NCBI GenBank assembly: GCA_050575255.1
Contig: JBNZDD010013711.1
Coordinates: forward strand, 1,670,494-1,734,493
Length of the DNA: 64,000 bases
Source of the DNA: Harriotta raleighana
Taxonomy: Eukaryota
Reading direction: 5' to 3'
A program made the translations under genes and the position numbers. The notes below the pieces were generated by a model. The model made no database searches. It saw only the letters and a program-made list of their open reading frames with translations, and had not been told where the DNA came from. Shown piece after piece: positions 13,030 to 26,645 of the stretch; positions within the stretch are counted from its first letter, which is position 1, and each line of letters opens with the position of its first letter.

Positions 13030-14985
13030 CACAAGACTGTAATATTAAAAAAGTAGTCATTTGAATATTATGACATATTGCCAAAACTCTCAACTCTGCA
13101 TTTGTCACCTTCAGATTTGACTTTTCTAGCACCTTCTAACTCTGAGCTCAGGAAACTACAAATCATCCCAAATTCTTTATCCTTTCCCATAACAAACATA
13201 GCAAGCCCATCACCCAATCCTTGCCAGACTTCACTGGTTCCCACTCCCCCACAGAAATTGATTAAAATCCTAACTTTGGAATGCCACCACATCATTGCCC
13301 CATCTTTACTTCTTGTGGGATTATGTGGTTCCATTCCCCTGCCTACTCCCTATGCTTTGCAACTGTTTTTTATAAAAGTCACTATTTATATGAGTGTGAA
13401 ACAACAAGCTATACTGAAAAGGGATGCTCTTTGCAGAAAACAACAGTAACAACAATTTATGTTTTTATACATATTTGACGTGAGAGAATGTCGCAAATTG
13501 CTTTACAATGACTGAGTGGAGATCTGAGCTGGGAAAGAGATGAAGGACCAGGGTAAGTAGTCAAAGGCCTAGTCAAACAGATGTCTTTGCAGGAGTTTTG
13601 AAAACAGAGGGAGAGATGAAGTGGTTTTGAAAACAAAGAGGAAAGGATTTCAGAAGAGAATTCCAGAAGACTGACCAGCCTATTGCTATGAAACAAACCA
13701 GAGTTAACAGAGTGCAAGAAGAACATGGGTTCAAGATGCATGTTGGGATTTCAAACAACAAGAACAAATTGCATTTATGTCGGCTTCTTTGGGAGGATAT
13801 CCAGTGGATAGTTGAAAGTAAAGGGGTGTAGGATATCATAGAGATAGGGTGGGGGCAAGACTGTGAAACCATTTGAAGGTAAGGAAGAAGATCATAAAAT
13901 TGATACGCTGAAAAAGTCAAATCTAAATGGGACAAAAAGTGTAATAATATCAAAGTGACAAAGGAGATTTGTTCAGCAACCCCTAGGGAGATAGAAAAAG
14001 ATCAGGTGTCAGTGTGGTTCAGCTGGTAGCACTCTCGCCTCTTTGTCAAAAGATTATGAGCTTGAGTTGCATGTTGGGACTTCAAAGAACAGCAACAAAT
14101 TAAGGCATTGCACAGTTTGAAGGTTTGCATCCAAGATGGGGATTGGATTTAGGAAAGGTGGGAGTGAAGATGGGAAGATGGCCAAAGGCATAATCAGAGG
14201 AAGGTCTTCAGATGGTTCTTGAAAGAGGCATTGGATGGAGTTCCAGAAACTGGGAGCAGAAGGCAACAACAACAACAACATTACATTTATAGAGTGCCTG
14301 TCACGGTGGGAGAATTGAAGCCCAACCAAAGATTAGAGCCAATGAAGTCAGACGAGGATGGGGGTGATAAGCCTAGACATGAAGAGAGGACATGAGAGGC
14401 ACAGTTTTGGATGATTTGCAACTTGTGAACTGAAGTGTTGGGAAATACCACGAGTAGAGTTAGTATAGTCAAGTCTAGACGCAATCAAGACATGGGTACG
14501 GGTCTTGGTGATCCGAAGGTAGAGGTAGTTGTGAAAGCAGGTAATGTTACAGAAATGGGGAGAAAATGGAGGGTCCATCTACAGATATGACATTTTAAAG
14601 GAATTAAAGACGAATAAAAGATGTGTCGAACAAGCCACCGGTTTCCGCAGTGACTCTGTGAGGTTAGGGTGAGCATCTACGTAGATCCAGCCCTGAGGTA
14701 AGCAGGTGCTGATGGGAGCTTCTGTCATGGCAATCATTCAACTGGAGAAAGTTAGCTCTCATCTAGGATTCGATATCTGACAAGCAATTGGTCAGAAGAC
14801 CATAGTCCTGGAATCGAGGATGCAGTCAGAAAGATAGATTTAGGTGTCACTCACAAACATGAGGAAGCTAATCCCATATCTGGACATGACATCCCCAAGC
14901 AGGAGCATGCAGTTAGATACCATGGAAAGGATCAAGGATAGAACCCTAGAGAACGCCACACAAGATAGTATAGGACAGGAACCCC
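13030..14985. mobile_element. Cluster of nested L2 fragments in both orientations with SINE heads
   Basis: RLDYTNS..KLQIIQNCASHVLS (14348-14578, minus), KLQIIPNS..LQ/HW-type segment (13140-13290, plus), (CAA)n tails near 13440, 13755, 14090 and 14265. Confidence 0.75.
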
Positions 14986-17900
14986 TGAACTTTTACAGTC
15001 AGGGCTGACACTCCAATGCGATGTTAGAGGTGTTCAGCATTGTTAGAAGTGACATCTTTCAGATGAGACATTGCACCAAGGTATTATCTTCCTGTTCAGG
15101 TGGACTGGAAACATAAATATGATAGTCATTAGCAGATCCAAAAGGAAGCTCAAAATAAATGTTTCTATTCAAAAAACAATGAGAATTCAGTACTCACTGC
15201 CAGAACTTTGGATGAAGCTCAAAGCATCAATGTGCTTAGAAGGAAACTTGATGTATGTATGATGGAGAAGGGAATAAAATGGACAGAGAAATTGAGCAAG
15301 GAATAAATATTAAATCAAGGTGCCTGTTCAGATCAACATTCGAAAATGGTTTATTGTCATTGTTGAAGACACCTTGTTCAGATGAGAAGTTAAATTGAGA
15401 TTCTGTCTACTAGTTCAGGAGGATGTTAAAGATCCTAAGAGGCTATTTAAAAGGAGACATTCCTCCAAGTGTTCAGGTGAACAGATATTTACTGTTTAAT
15501 AATGGTTAAGTTATATTTCAAAATGTTTGAGAGTACTATGCATGAGTTATGAGGATGATTCTGATACTCCATAAACACTATTTAAATTGAAGGATCAATT
15601 TTTGTGAGTAAATATCAAACAAAGTTAGAAATATAAACTACCTGTAAGACCTGTAAGAAATTGAAAAAGAAAATATTGTCATGTTATTTATTAAATGATT
15701 CAAAAGCAGTAGTGAAACATGTACTTATTTTGTGGTGAATTTAAAGATTTACAAATTATTTAACTTAACTGTGTTAATGCAGGTCTCAAAAATGGAAATC
15801 CTTCGTCATAAAGACTCTTATGTAATTATAATGTTTTTAAAAATGTATGGATAACTAGTGGGCAAAGTTCAAAGTCAAACAAGGAGATGGCATTCAAACT
15901 ACTTATTCAATGACTTAAAATAAAACAATGTCTGTTGTGTAAAGTGATCATTTTCCAAATTATTTTTCTGTTTTGATGATTTACAGAGCATCCTCAATAT
16001 TTCATCACTTGTAACAATTATCAATCAATTAATCAAAATTTTTATTTATATAGCGCCTTTCACGTCGGGAGGACGTCCCAAAGCGCTGGCATATTAATTT
16101 TGTAGACAAAGAAAATACTCTGCTTGAAAACCAATAAAGTAAGAAATATGAAGGATTGTTTAAAGGGTCAGTCATCATTAGTACAGCTTAAAAAGACATA
16201 CCGTATTATGATTAATACTTACTTTGTTTGTAATATCTGTTATGTACATTTTTGTTTAAATCATGGGTGCAGTGTCATCATTAGGAAACCAGCAGGGAAT
16301 CACTAGTAAGCCAGAGAGTGAGAGGGGGCTGGATCAACATCAGTAGATTCAGGCATTAAACTGCAGCCCATTTAAAGATTGTAAACCAAGAATGTGTGTT
16401 TAAAAGCAGCAGCTTGTGTTTGCAATTGTTTGGGAAAATACTCAGATGATTTGTTTTGCTGCACCAATCAATCATTGTAAAGGTGAGTGATCCTGAAGCA
16501 GCTTTGCTTCTTTTATGGAAAGGAGCAGAAGTGTTTCAGTCACTCAAGCTACCAGCCACAATTTTTTTCCCTTTGCCACATCTGCCTTCAGTTTCTGTGC
16601 GTCTCTTTTTAATCATAGCCAGGACTAAAGACAAAAAGTGGTATATGCCTCCACTATCCAGAGGCCTACCCCACAGGTGGGTCCCCAAGACGTAAGAGGC
16701 AGAAACATTTAGCACACTCATTATAAGACTGCCACCAGTTAAGTTGGCAGCAGATTTGTACTCTAAATTAGCTGTAAGTGATTACATCTTTTCAACTGTG
16801 TGAATGTTAATTCAACTGCTTCATGCTGCCAGCACAGTTAACTTTTCCAAACCAATTCTCCAATGATGTGATCAGCATCCACTGATTGAATTTTTTTGAA
16901 TGAATGGACAAAATCCACTCCCCACCCCAATAAGGTCTTGGTGTTAATCAGGATTCTTTGTACAGATTTGATTTTCAGACCAGAGTGCTCAAGGTGAGAA
17001 TCAGCTTTAAAAAGTTTGAACAGATATTGGAAAAGCAGAAATGCTTAAATATTATTACTCTTTCACCATGAATACCTTTTTAAAATCACAACAAAAGTCT
17101 CTTAGATACTTATGAAATGTGGAGAAATAAATAGGATTTGAAAAGGAAAATATAAAAAGGGCAAATGGCAAGGGTGTCGGTCTTGAAGGAGTAGTCAATT
17201 GACTCTTTCCTAAAATTGATACAGGCACAATAGGCCTATGAAATTAGACAAAAATGGAAGGATTCTTTTATTAAATTCCATGATTCTATTGCAATACTGT
17301 ACACCATGAAACAATCCATGAGTAGAACATTTCTAAATTAAGAGGCAAATAATTTTTGTTACATTCATTGACTTTAATACAAATACCATACAATTTTACA
17401 TAAAAGTACTATTTCCCAGTACAGGCTTCTTTTCTAGTCAGCTGACCTCATTATATTTTCAAGTGTGGTAAATGTTGTAAAACACCTCCCTTCCTGTCAT
17501 GTGGCATAGAGCTGAACACAAAAACATGGAAAGAACTCACACAGAAAACCGTAATGGTGGCAATTAGTGGTGGTAATGTCACCCAAGTGGTTCTTAGTGT
17601 GTGAGAAAGTGGAAAGACTGCACACTGAAACAACAAGAGAACAAACACTCTTGGCAAATGTCTAAAACATCCGTGCTCATTGATTTTTAAAAATAAATTT
17701 AAAATCTACCCCAGCACTGGTAGCTTAGCCAAAAAAGTTGAAAAGAATAATTTGAAGCTTGTAGGTGAGACAGCAACTGCAAGTTGCTAAGCTACAGAAA
17801 CCACAGCCAATGACCTGGAAACTGCACATTCCCTTTGTTGTGGGTTCAGAGGCAGGTCTCAGCGATTGGAGACTGCTTCTCATACTAAGAACATGCTCCC

Positions 17901-19199
17901 GATTGGCCAGGAATGACGCTGTGATTTATAAATAATAATCTATTAAATTCATGTTTTACCCACAAATAATAAGTTTTTTTTAAATCTATTGGTGAGGGAC
18001 TTTTTTCATGGGAGAAAATCTGAAGGAAAGCATTCAAACATAAATACCTCAGGTAAAATGGGTAAAATTCAGAACTTTTTAGCATATCAAAACCCTTAGG
18101 ATAATAAAGCAGGTTTTTAAAAAATATACAGCAAACATATAAACAGCTCCTTCACTCTTACATATCTACCAACAAATATGAGTTATTTGGATGCTAAAGG
18201 GACATCAGGAATGTGCTTTTAGGCAAATTGAACATGAATATCTCTTTGCTAAGATCATCTGAAATTCGGAGATTCAGAAATGCAAGATTCGGTGGTAGGC
18301 TGTAAATGTACAATTTGCACATCAGTCAACATGATCAAGGTCACCTGCTCATCATCCAGGGTTTAGAGATCATCCACAACGAACCCATAAAATACACAGT
18401 CAATTCACTTTATAATATATTCTGCGAAGCGCTTTTGAGACATCTCACTGCCATGATAAGGCATTATATCAAAAGCAAGGCTTATTATTATCATCATCAT
18501 TATTATTCATTGCACATAAATCACAGCACTGTAATGTGCACACAACTCAGAAGCCAAAAAAAGTTGATGAATTAAATAGGTTTTCAGAGAGCATTGCTTT
18601 TCAATGCTCTTTTCAAGTTTCACCAACCAATCTGGGTATTTATCCAGTAAAAGCTAAAACAATTTTTTTTAAATGCATATGATATTATTCCCTAATCAGC
18701 TAGAGCAACCTCATTGTTTTACATATGCTTTCATGTCACTATTACCAACAGCCATTTAAATTTTCACAGTACTTAGTAGTGGATTTGTAAATGTAAGGTG
18801 TAAGATTTCATTCTGCCCTGATTAGTTTAGATTATGTAAAATAACAGATGTTGTGGTGGGAATTAAAGGTCGATATTCAATAGTACTATTCTGCTAACGT
18901 TCACAAGCTGATCAAGCTACAGTGTATTATTATAATCCATGGCATCATGGGACCCCCAGAGTTTAACTACAACTTTTTTTTCTCCTCCAGGCATTATTTC
19001 TACAGCTATTACAGTCAAAAATCATTAGGCTTTTTCATCAACCCAACCTAAAAACTGCCATTTGAAAAATGTTTTTTTGTTTCCAATAGCAAGCACAGTG
19101 CACAAGCAAATACATTTAAATTAACACATAAGTTCAAACCATGTGGCATTAGGCATAAGAATTGATTCATTTAATTAATATTTGGCAAGGTATTGAATA

Positions 19200-19735
19200 C
19201 TGCTTAAGGAATCAAATTAAAATACCACCTGTTTTGTCACCAGTTCTAGGCCTCATTGACAGAATGGAGAGGCAAACGAGTCACTGGCAGACAGGACTCT
19301 TCCCTCCTAGCTACTATTAACTTTGCAAGCCAAAGCCCTAATGAGTTGGATATACCCAAATGGATAAGTAACAGGAAGCTTGTCAGACTGTGCTTTCAAT
19401 GGCAAACTATGCCATTTTAGCTGGTTAAACTGCAGCAGTAGCCCAAAACACATTATGGGGTCACCAATCCTTGTTTCTTGCCCTGACACTGTCCAGAATT
19501 AGGCAAGCATTGTGCAACCTTCAGATAGAGAGTATGCATTTCATTCTAGACACCGAGATATTTCCAGTCATGGGTGGCAAAATACAGTATATAGGACTCA
19601 TTCTAGTTTCGATACTCAGGCAGCTAGCTGACCAAAAGCAAATTACAGCATGAAACTGTTTCTTAAATGAGTCCAACATGCAAGCCTCTATCACCTTTCC
19701 TGGTGACTTGCTACAGCTGTTCATTATCCTCTGAG
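19200..19735 (-). mobile_element. CR1-like LINE 3' fragment
   Basis: Minus strand (W)NS..PGKVIEACMLDSFKKQ, followed by 3' UTR-like sequence. Confidence 0.55.
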
Positions 19736-20524
19736 TAAATCATGGTGTTGATTCTAAACTTTCACTTTACAACCCCTGAATCAGTGGCTTCTAATCATAT
19801 TATATCTGAAGCATTCTTTTGGAGGGTTACTTTATTCTATTTCACATCTCAAATATCTCCATAATATACCATATAGACTGCTTGTTTCAAGATTGAAAGG
19901 TCCTGGTCTCTGCAGTCATTCCTCATAGCACTTTGCTCTTCCACTGCAAAGAAGTTTTGTTGTTCTCCACAATGCCTGTGCGACCTTATGTCATCAGCCA
20001 TAATCATTTGCATTACTCCAGGTATAGCCCATCTATACAGCTTGAAGAAAACAACTGGGAGATCTTTGCTCTGCTGATTCGGCACTGCAAATCATCATGT
20101 TTGCTTGTTTGTTGCTGCATCGCTCACACAAGGGAGAGTTTCAGGGATGTACTCTCCGAGAGTTGTACTAACAGGAAGTGGTTTATCACTAGGAATCTGC
20201 TCAGACTTCTTACGAATTAGGAAAACTGAAAATTAACATTGTCGGATCTTGTGCTTCAGGAGGAAAACTGGAGGTTTTGCTCGAGCATCAGCAATTCATG
20301 TGATGCTCCTGTCATAATCTTGAGGACGACCGATAGCTCACCCACCTCTTCATTGTTGCAAGGGATGTATTTTGACTCCATGTCAACTGTCATCATCAAA
20401 CTCACTGGTATGGAAAAATGGACTTTCTCTGAAATCACCTCAACCACATTATAATATTTCAGTGCTGGTCAGATATACCCCAACAACAGAATCACATTTG
20501 CATAGCACCTTTGACATTGGGCCT

Positions 20525-20911
20525 CACATTCAAAGCCCTCCACAACCTAGCCGTGACCTTCTAACCCCTTTCCAACCAGCCTGACCCCTCCGCTCAGCCG
20601 GCTCCGGCCTGCTCCACGTCCCCCGACCCATCTGCGCCACCCTAGGCGGGCAAGCCTTTAGCCACGCTGCCCCCAAACTCTGGAATTCCATCCCACAGAC
20701 CCTCCGCCTTCCCCTCTCCCTGGCCTCGTTCAAGTCCCACCTCAAAACTTTCCTCTTTTGGATGGTCCTATAGGCAACTTTTAATCCCCCATTTCCCTCT
20801 CCACCCCGTGCCCAGCTTGCGTCTGACACAGTGACTATCCAGCTCCTTGGGACGTCCTCCTGATATGAAAGGCGCTATACAAGTGTAATTTTGTTGTTGT
20901 TATTGTTGTTG
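20525..20911 (+). mobile_element. L2 LINE 3' end with (TTG)n tail
   Basis: Encodes a TLGGQAFSHAAPKLWNSIPQTLRLPLSLASFKSHLKTFLF-type L2 ORF2 C-terminus; tail tgaaaggcgctatacaagtgtaattttgttgttg. Confidence 0.85.
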
Positions 20912-20924
20912 GAAGAACGTCCTA

Positions 20925-21375
20925 ACGCATTTTGGTATTTTGGATCCGAGCTGTAGTTTGAATCGGGGAGAATGGAGGGCAGAGGGGGAAAGAAGGTAAC
21001 AGTCGAAGAGGAGGGTCTTGAGATGGTTCTTGAATGAGCCAAGGGGTGAGGAGGAGGGACTGCGGGATGGAGTGAGGGCAGAGTGACCGAAGGCCCGGCT
21101 GCCAACGGTGGGTCGGGCAAGACAGGGGACGTGTAGCAGACCAAAGCCCACTGAGCAGACAGGTTGGTACGAGATTAGGAGGTCACAGAGGTAGAGGGGA
21201 ACAAAGCCATGGAGAGCTTTGAAAGTGAGGACAAGGATCTTGAACTATATCCTCTGTGTGATAGGTAGCCAGAGGACATGGCTGCAGAGGTATGATCTGC
21301 AACCTATGAATGAGTAGTTGGAGAGGCTGACAAGTAAGGTGTTTGCGTAGTTAAGCCTGGATGTTAGGAATGTAT
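20925..21375 (-). mobile_element. L2 LINE 3' fragment, tail-to-tail with previous copy
   Basis: Minus ORF LHVPCLARPTVGSRAF...SPLGSFKNHLKTLLFD, typical L2 C-terminus. Confidence 0.8.
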
Positions 21376-21599
21376 GTATGTATGTTGCTTGCTAAAAATA
21401 ACAAAATTTTCACCCACCTTTTCTCATAGAATTTTAAATTTAAAGACTAGTATTTTAATAAATGCCAAGATGTTTTAACAGCACCCATTTATTCTAGCAC
21501 CTTTTCTTTAACCATCGCTTTCCAAAGGTAGATCAGATATAATTATTAAGACAAAGAAGTCAATGTTTATAAATGAAATAAATTTGTAGCCTTTACAGT

Positions 21600-21930
21600 G
21601 TTAAGGTCACTGCTGAATCAGAAGATTGTGGAGGTATAAGTCCTATTTTGACACTTCTTCTCATAGACATTACAATTCAAGGTTGAGGATGCGCTGCATT
21701 TTCCAAAGTGCCACCCTTTGGATGTTGTTAAGATGAGGTCCAATCTGCCTGGTCAGGAGGATGTTAAATATTGTACTATCCGAAAGGTAAACAGTTTCTC
21801 CTAGTGGCTTAGCCCACAATCCCCAGCTAAAATTGGTCATTCACTTCATGGCTGTTTGTAGCACATTGTTGTATGTAAATTAACTGCCAGTTCGCATACA
21901 AAATTAGACTCACTGCACTTTTCAGCAAAC
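21600..21930 (+). mobile_element. SacSINE1-like SINE, decayed
   Basis: ctgaatcagaagattgtgg..aggtccaatctgcctggtcaggaggatgttaaa..tggtcattcacttcatggctgtttgt. Confidence 0.7.
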
Positions 21931-22329
21931 AAATTATTTACTAAACAAATTCTGGTTCTCTGTTGTCACAAAGAAAACCAAGGAAGTTGAGTACCCAGTA
22001 GAGTTGGAGAATTGATGGAAACATCAATGGTGCCCAATGTTGGGAAAAAGGCAAATGTAACATATCCTTAAATGAAGGTACGCTGATGAAACTCCAAGCA
22101 TTAAAGACTGGTGATCCAAGCATTGAGCGTATATAGAGGGCATACTGATGGAGGGTATGAACCACTTAACAAATAATAAAATAACGAACCTTGAAGCTCA
22201 ATGCATATTATACATTTGAAATTTTTCAAGAACTTTGGTGCATTTCTGAGACTTGCTTTACAAGGTTGAAAGGCACAGAATCGATTACTTCTGATATGTA
22301 TCCAAAATTCACTAAATCTAAAGAAACAA

Positions 22330-22500
22330 AAGGGTAGTTGTTTTGGGTTGACTGGTGGACTGCCTTAGGGTTCTGCACTAGGATCTCTGTTGTTTACGAT
22401 GTATATATGATTTGGAAATGGGAACACGAACAAAGTTGATCACCTTTGCTGCTGATGTCAAATATATAGGATTTGGCTGCTGAGCTACAAGGAGACACTG
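22330..22500 (+). mobile_element. Non-LTR (CR1-like) reverse transcriptase remnant
   Basis: Degenerate GLP*GSALGSLLFTMYI / ..ITFAADVK corresponds to the GVPQGSVLGPLLFxIYINDL..FADD motifs. Confidence 0.65.
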
Positions 22501-22519
22501 GAGTAAGGACACACTGTAA

Positions 22520-23035
22520 AGTGTCAGCTTGCCTCACTCAGTAAGTCCACTCAATTTGTGAATCAGAAGGTAACCAATTCAAACCCCATATCAGGACTTG
22601 GAACTCATACAGTCTATTCTGACACTTCAATGCAATGCTGGATGTATTGGAATGTATGATGCAGCACCCACACCACCACTCCAATGCAGGTGGTCTGCTG
22701 TGTTGTTAGGAATGTCATTCTTTGGTTCAAGTAGAAGCTAAGGTCCCATCTGCTTGTTCAAAAGGATGTTAAAGATCCCAAAACCCCCCCCCAAAAAAGG
22801 AGTTTCCTCTGGTGAATTTTCCAACAATTCCCCAAATAAAACTGGTCATTTGTTTCATGGCTGTTTGTGGCATGCTGTAGTGCAAAATTGTCCGCAATTA
22901 ATGGTAGAGTTATAAATTTTCCCATATGCTAAAAGGTAGGGATAAGCCGAATTTCAATTTAGCTGTGAAGTGATTTGCGATATCTAGAAGACATGAAAAG
23001 CGCGATATCAAATGCAAGGATTGTTATTATTATTT
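22520..23035 (+). mobile_element. SacSINE1/DeuSINE-like SINE, near full length, decayed
   Basis: Head gtgtcagcttg..ctcagt..gaatcagaagg, body ctgacacttcaatgc..ggatgttaaagatccca, Deu core ggctgtttgtggcatgctgt, tail atgaaaagcgcgatatcaaatgcaagg(att)n. Confidence 0.8.
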
Positions 23036-24477
23036 AGTGTCACTGTATTATGGTGGCTGACTAGATCAAACTCTGTGTTATTAGATCATATTCAAGAACA
23101 TATACATACTGTTCCAACAGTACTTTACTTATTCTTAGTCACAATTGCAGATTTGTTAGATATTTCATTTTCCCTAAAACACTGTCAAACAAGCAGCACA
23201 AAGAACATGGTTGTTCTAAATGCTCTTAAAGAAAGGAACTAAGAACAAAGCGACAGTAGATAGGCAGATATCACTACATGAAAATGGTGGTTTCAATACA
23301 TGAAAATGGTGTCACAGAGCACAAAGACTGTGGAACAAGTATTTGAAACAACATGAAAAATAAAGAGCTGGCACTCTGGAAGTGGGCTGAGGAAGGCTGA
23401 AAATGCGATGGAACATCACGATAAACATCAAGGACCCGATTAAATCGACCAATCTGAGAACCTAGTAATAGCTATCTTAAGCTTTGTGTTTGATATAGCA
23501 TCTATAACATTGAAACATCTCAAAGCATTTCATAAGAAACTGCTTTTATATGTCATTACTGGCTTTGTATGTAGGTAAAAGTGGCAGTCAATTTGCACAT
23601 AGCAAGATCCCACAAACAGCTATTAAATCTGTAACTAATTTATGTGCAGGATTGTTAACCAGGACACTGGGAGAAATCCCTTTCCGTTTCAATGGTGTCA
23701 TCTCTAATGTCCACCGTAAGTTTCTCCTCTCTCTTAATGTTTCTATTTCATGGTGAATATATTTCCCCAATATATCTTCAATATTCCTGAGATCTATTTT
23801 CCAGAGGAAATTGCCAATACATCAGGTGAAACTGCTTTCTTTGAATAGTGTTGCATCTATTTTTTCAATGTATAACGCTAATAATCCTTGAATTTGATGT
23901 TGATGTGTTCACTCTTTTGGACTTAGTTTAAAATGAGTGTTTTGTATTGGTTATGTAGCTGACATTTTTGTTTCATTGAAATGTCCTATTTGTTTTAAAT
24001 TAATGCCAATTGCAGAGCTTAGTAAATGTATTATAAATCATTTATTCATCTAAAGTAGTCAATTCTGTGGCAATTTTTAATACAGAAAAACACATGATCT
24101 ACAGAAAAAAAACTGTTTATAAGGAGCTGTTTCACTGGAAATAATTCTTACAAAGATGAGTTGATGATCCCAAAACAAAGCCCAAAACCTATCCATGCGT
24201 AAAATAGGATTATCTAAAAAGGGTGTGTCAATTTTGGTGCAACAAAGGCCACCTTTGACTACAGTAACAACAACAAAAGACTGTTATGTAGTGCTCAAGC
24301 TGAAATTGCCAGATGATACTATGAATCTGAATGCTTATACTTTTTTGTGTCCCAATCCTTAGACAATCCACAAATCTCATTGGTGGACTCGGAAAATAAG
24401 AACAGGAGCAGGCCATTCACCTTCTCGAGCCTGATCTGTCATTCTAATAGATCATGGCTGTATCCCAACTCCATTTA

Positions 24478-24768
24478 TAATAAAAATAATAATAATCCTT
24501 GCATTTGATATAGCGCTTTTCACATCTTATCAACGTCCCAAAGCGCTTCACAGAATATACTGTAAAGTGAATTGACTGTATATTTGTGGGCGGAACACGG
24601 CAGCCAATTGCGCACAGCAGTGTCCCACAAACAGTCATAGATTGAAATGACCAATTTTATTATTGTAGTTTTTTTGGAGGGATTATTATTAGGCATGTGG
24701 AGTAAGGAAACTTGCCCAAGGTTTTGCCCTGATCTCCCTGGATTCGAACACAGGTCTCATGCTTGTAC
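24478..24768 (-). mobile_element. tRNA-derived DeuSINE-type SINE (second copy 25568-25847)
   Basis: B-box-like GTTCGAATCC on the minus strand, Deu core and (TTA)n tail. Confidence 0.85.
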
Positions 24769-26645
24769 CCGCCTTTGCTCCATGATCCTTTGATATGTTG
24801 ACCTAACAAATATCGACCACAGTCTTGAAAATTTCAATTGATCCAATATCCATAGCCGTTTTGGGGAGAAAGTTCCAGATTTCCACTACCCTCTTTGTGA
24901 AAATGTGCTTCCTGATTTCACCCACAATTGGTTTAGCTCTCATTTTAAGATTATGCCACCTTATTCTGGATTCTTCCAATCGACAAAACAATGTCTCTGT
25001 ATGTACCTTATTGAATCCTTTTATCATTTTAAATACCTCAATTAGATCACCCCTCAACCATCTAAAGGGAATACAAGCCAAGTGTTTAACTGCAATGAAG
25101 CCTGGTGAGGACTCGGGTGACAGACAATTAGACTTTATTGCAGGCAATGGTGTGGGACAATGGAAATTTAGCTGAATTAAACTTTGTGGATGGTGGAGTA
25201 GGCACTTTTCACATAGGGGTAAAGTCTCAAAACACTTTAAAGAGGGGATACCCAAACCGAGAGGTGAGGAGCAAGGTGACTGTATACACAAAAGTGGGCT
25301 TTCAAAGGGGGTGGGCAGGTTGAGGGATTTAGAGAGGAGAATAATGCCCAATGGTGGGGTACATGGGTCGAGGAATGCATAGCAGACCCAGATTCGACAG
25401 GAAAATGATACTGCAGAAGAGGAGGATGCTGGCTTGGAGGACTTTGAAGAACTCCAGACTGGAGGTAACGAAGAAGTGGATAAAGGTTTTACCACATTGC
25501 CTGCACGGAAGCAGACAATGTGATGAAGATGAAGAAAAGCAGGCCTTAGACTGAATGTAAGGAAAANATAATAATCCTTGCATTTGATATAGCGCTTTTC
25601 ACATCTTATCAACGTCCCAAAGCGCTTCACAGAATATACTGTAAAGTGAATTGACTGTATATTTGTGGGCGGAACACGGCAGCCAATTGCGCACAGCAGT
25701 GTCCCACAAACAGTCATAGATTGAAATGACCAATTTTATTATTGTAGTTTTTTTGGAGGGATTATTATTAGGCATGTGGAGTAAGGAAACTTGCCCAAGG
25801 TTTTGCCCTGATCTCCCTGGATTCGAACACAGGTCTCATGCTTGTACCCGCCTTTGCTCCATGATCCTTTGATATGTTGACCTAACAAATATCGACCACA
25901 GTCTTGAAAATTTCAATTGATCCAATATCCATAGCCGTTTTGGGGAGAAAGTTCCAGATTTCCACTACCCTCTTTGTGAAAATGTGCTTCCTGATTTCAC
26001 CCACAATTGGTTTAGCTCTCATTTTAAGATTATGCCACCTTATTCTGGATTCTTCCAATCGACAAAACAATGTCTCTGTATGTACCTTATTGAATCCTTT
26101 TATCATTTTAAATACCTCAATTAGATCACCCCTCAACCATCTAAAGGGAATACAAGCCAAGTGTTTAACTGCAATGAAGCCTGGTGAGGACTCGGGTGAC
26201 AGACAATTAGACTTTATTGCAGGCAATGGTGTGGGACAATGGAAATTTAGCTGAATTAAACTTTGTGGATGGTGGAGTAGGCACTTTTCACATAGGGGTA
26301 AAGTCTCAAAACACTTTAAAGAGGGGATACCCAAACCGAGAGGTGAGGAGCAAGGTGACTGTATACAGAAAAGTGGGCTTTCAAAGGGGGTGGGCAGGTT
26401 GAGGGATTTAGAGAGGAGAATAATGCCCAATGGTGGGGTACATGGGTCAAGGAATGCATAGCAGACCCAGATTCGACAGGAAAATGATACTGCAGAAGAG
26501 GAGGATGCTGGCTTGGAGGACTTTGAAGAACTCCAGACTGGAGGTAACGAAGAAGTGGATAAAGGTTTTACCACATTGCCTGCACGGAAGCAGACAATGT
26601 GATGAAGATGAAGAAAAGCAGGCCTTAGACTGAATGTAAGGAAAA
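24489..26645. repeat. Near-identical tandem duplication, period 1079 bp, joined by a single N (25567)
   Basis: Copies 24489-25566 and 25568-26645. Differences seen: C25289/G26368 and G25370/A26449. Confidence 0.95.
24769..25085 (-). mobile_element. CR1 LINE ORF2 C-terminal fragment (second copy 25848-26164)
   Basis: LRGDLIEVFKMIKGF...HNLK...IRKHIFTKRVVEIWNFLP...SIEIFKTVVD is the typical CR1 ORF2 C-terminus. Confidence 0.9.

Noticed and set aside
16590-16770. Faint LF-SINE-like sequence
   Set aside because: Similarity limited to a short stretch recalled from memory; not supportable without alignment.
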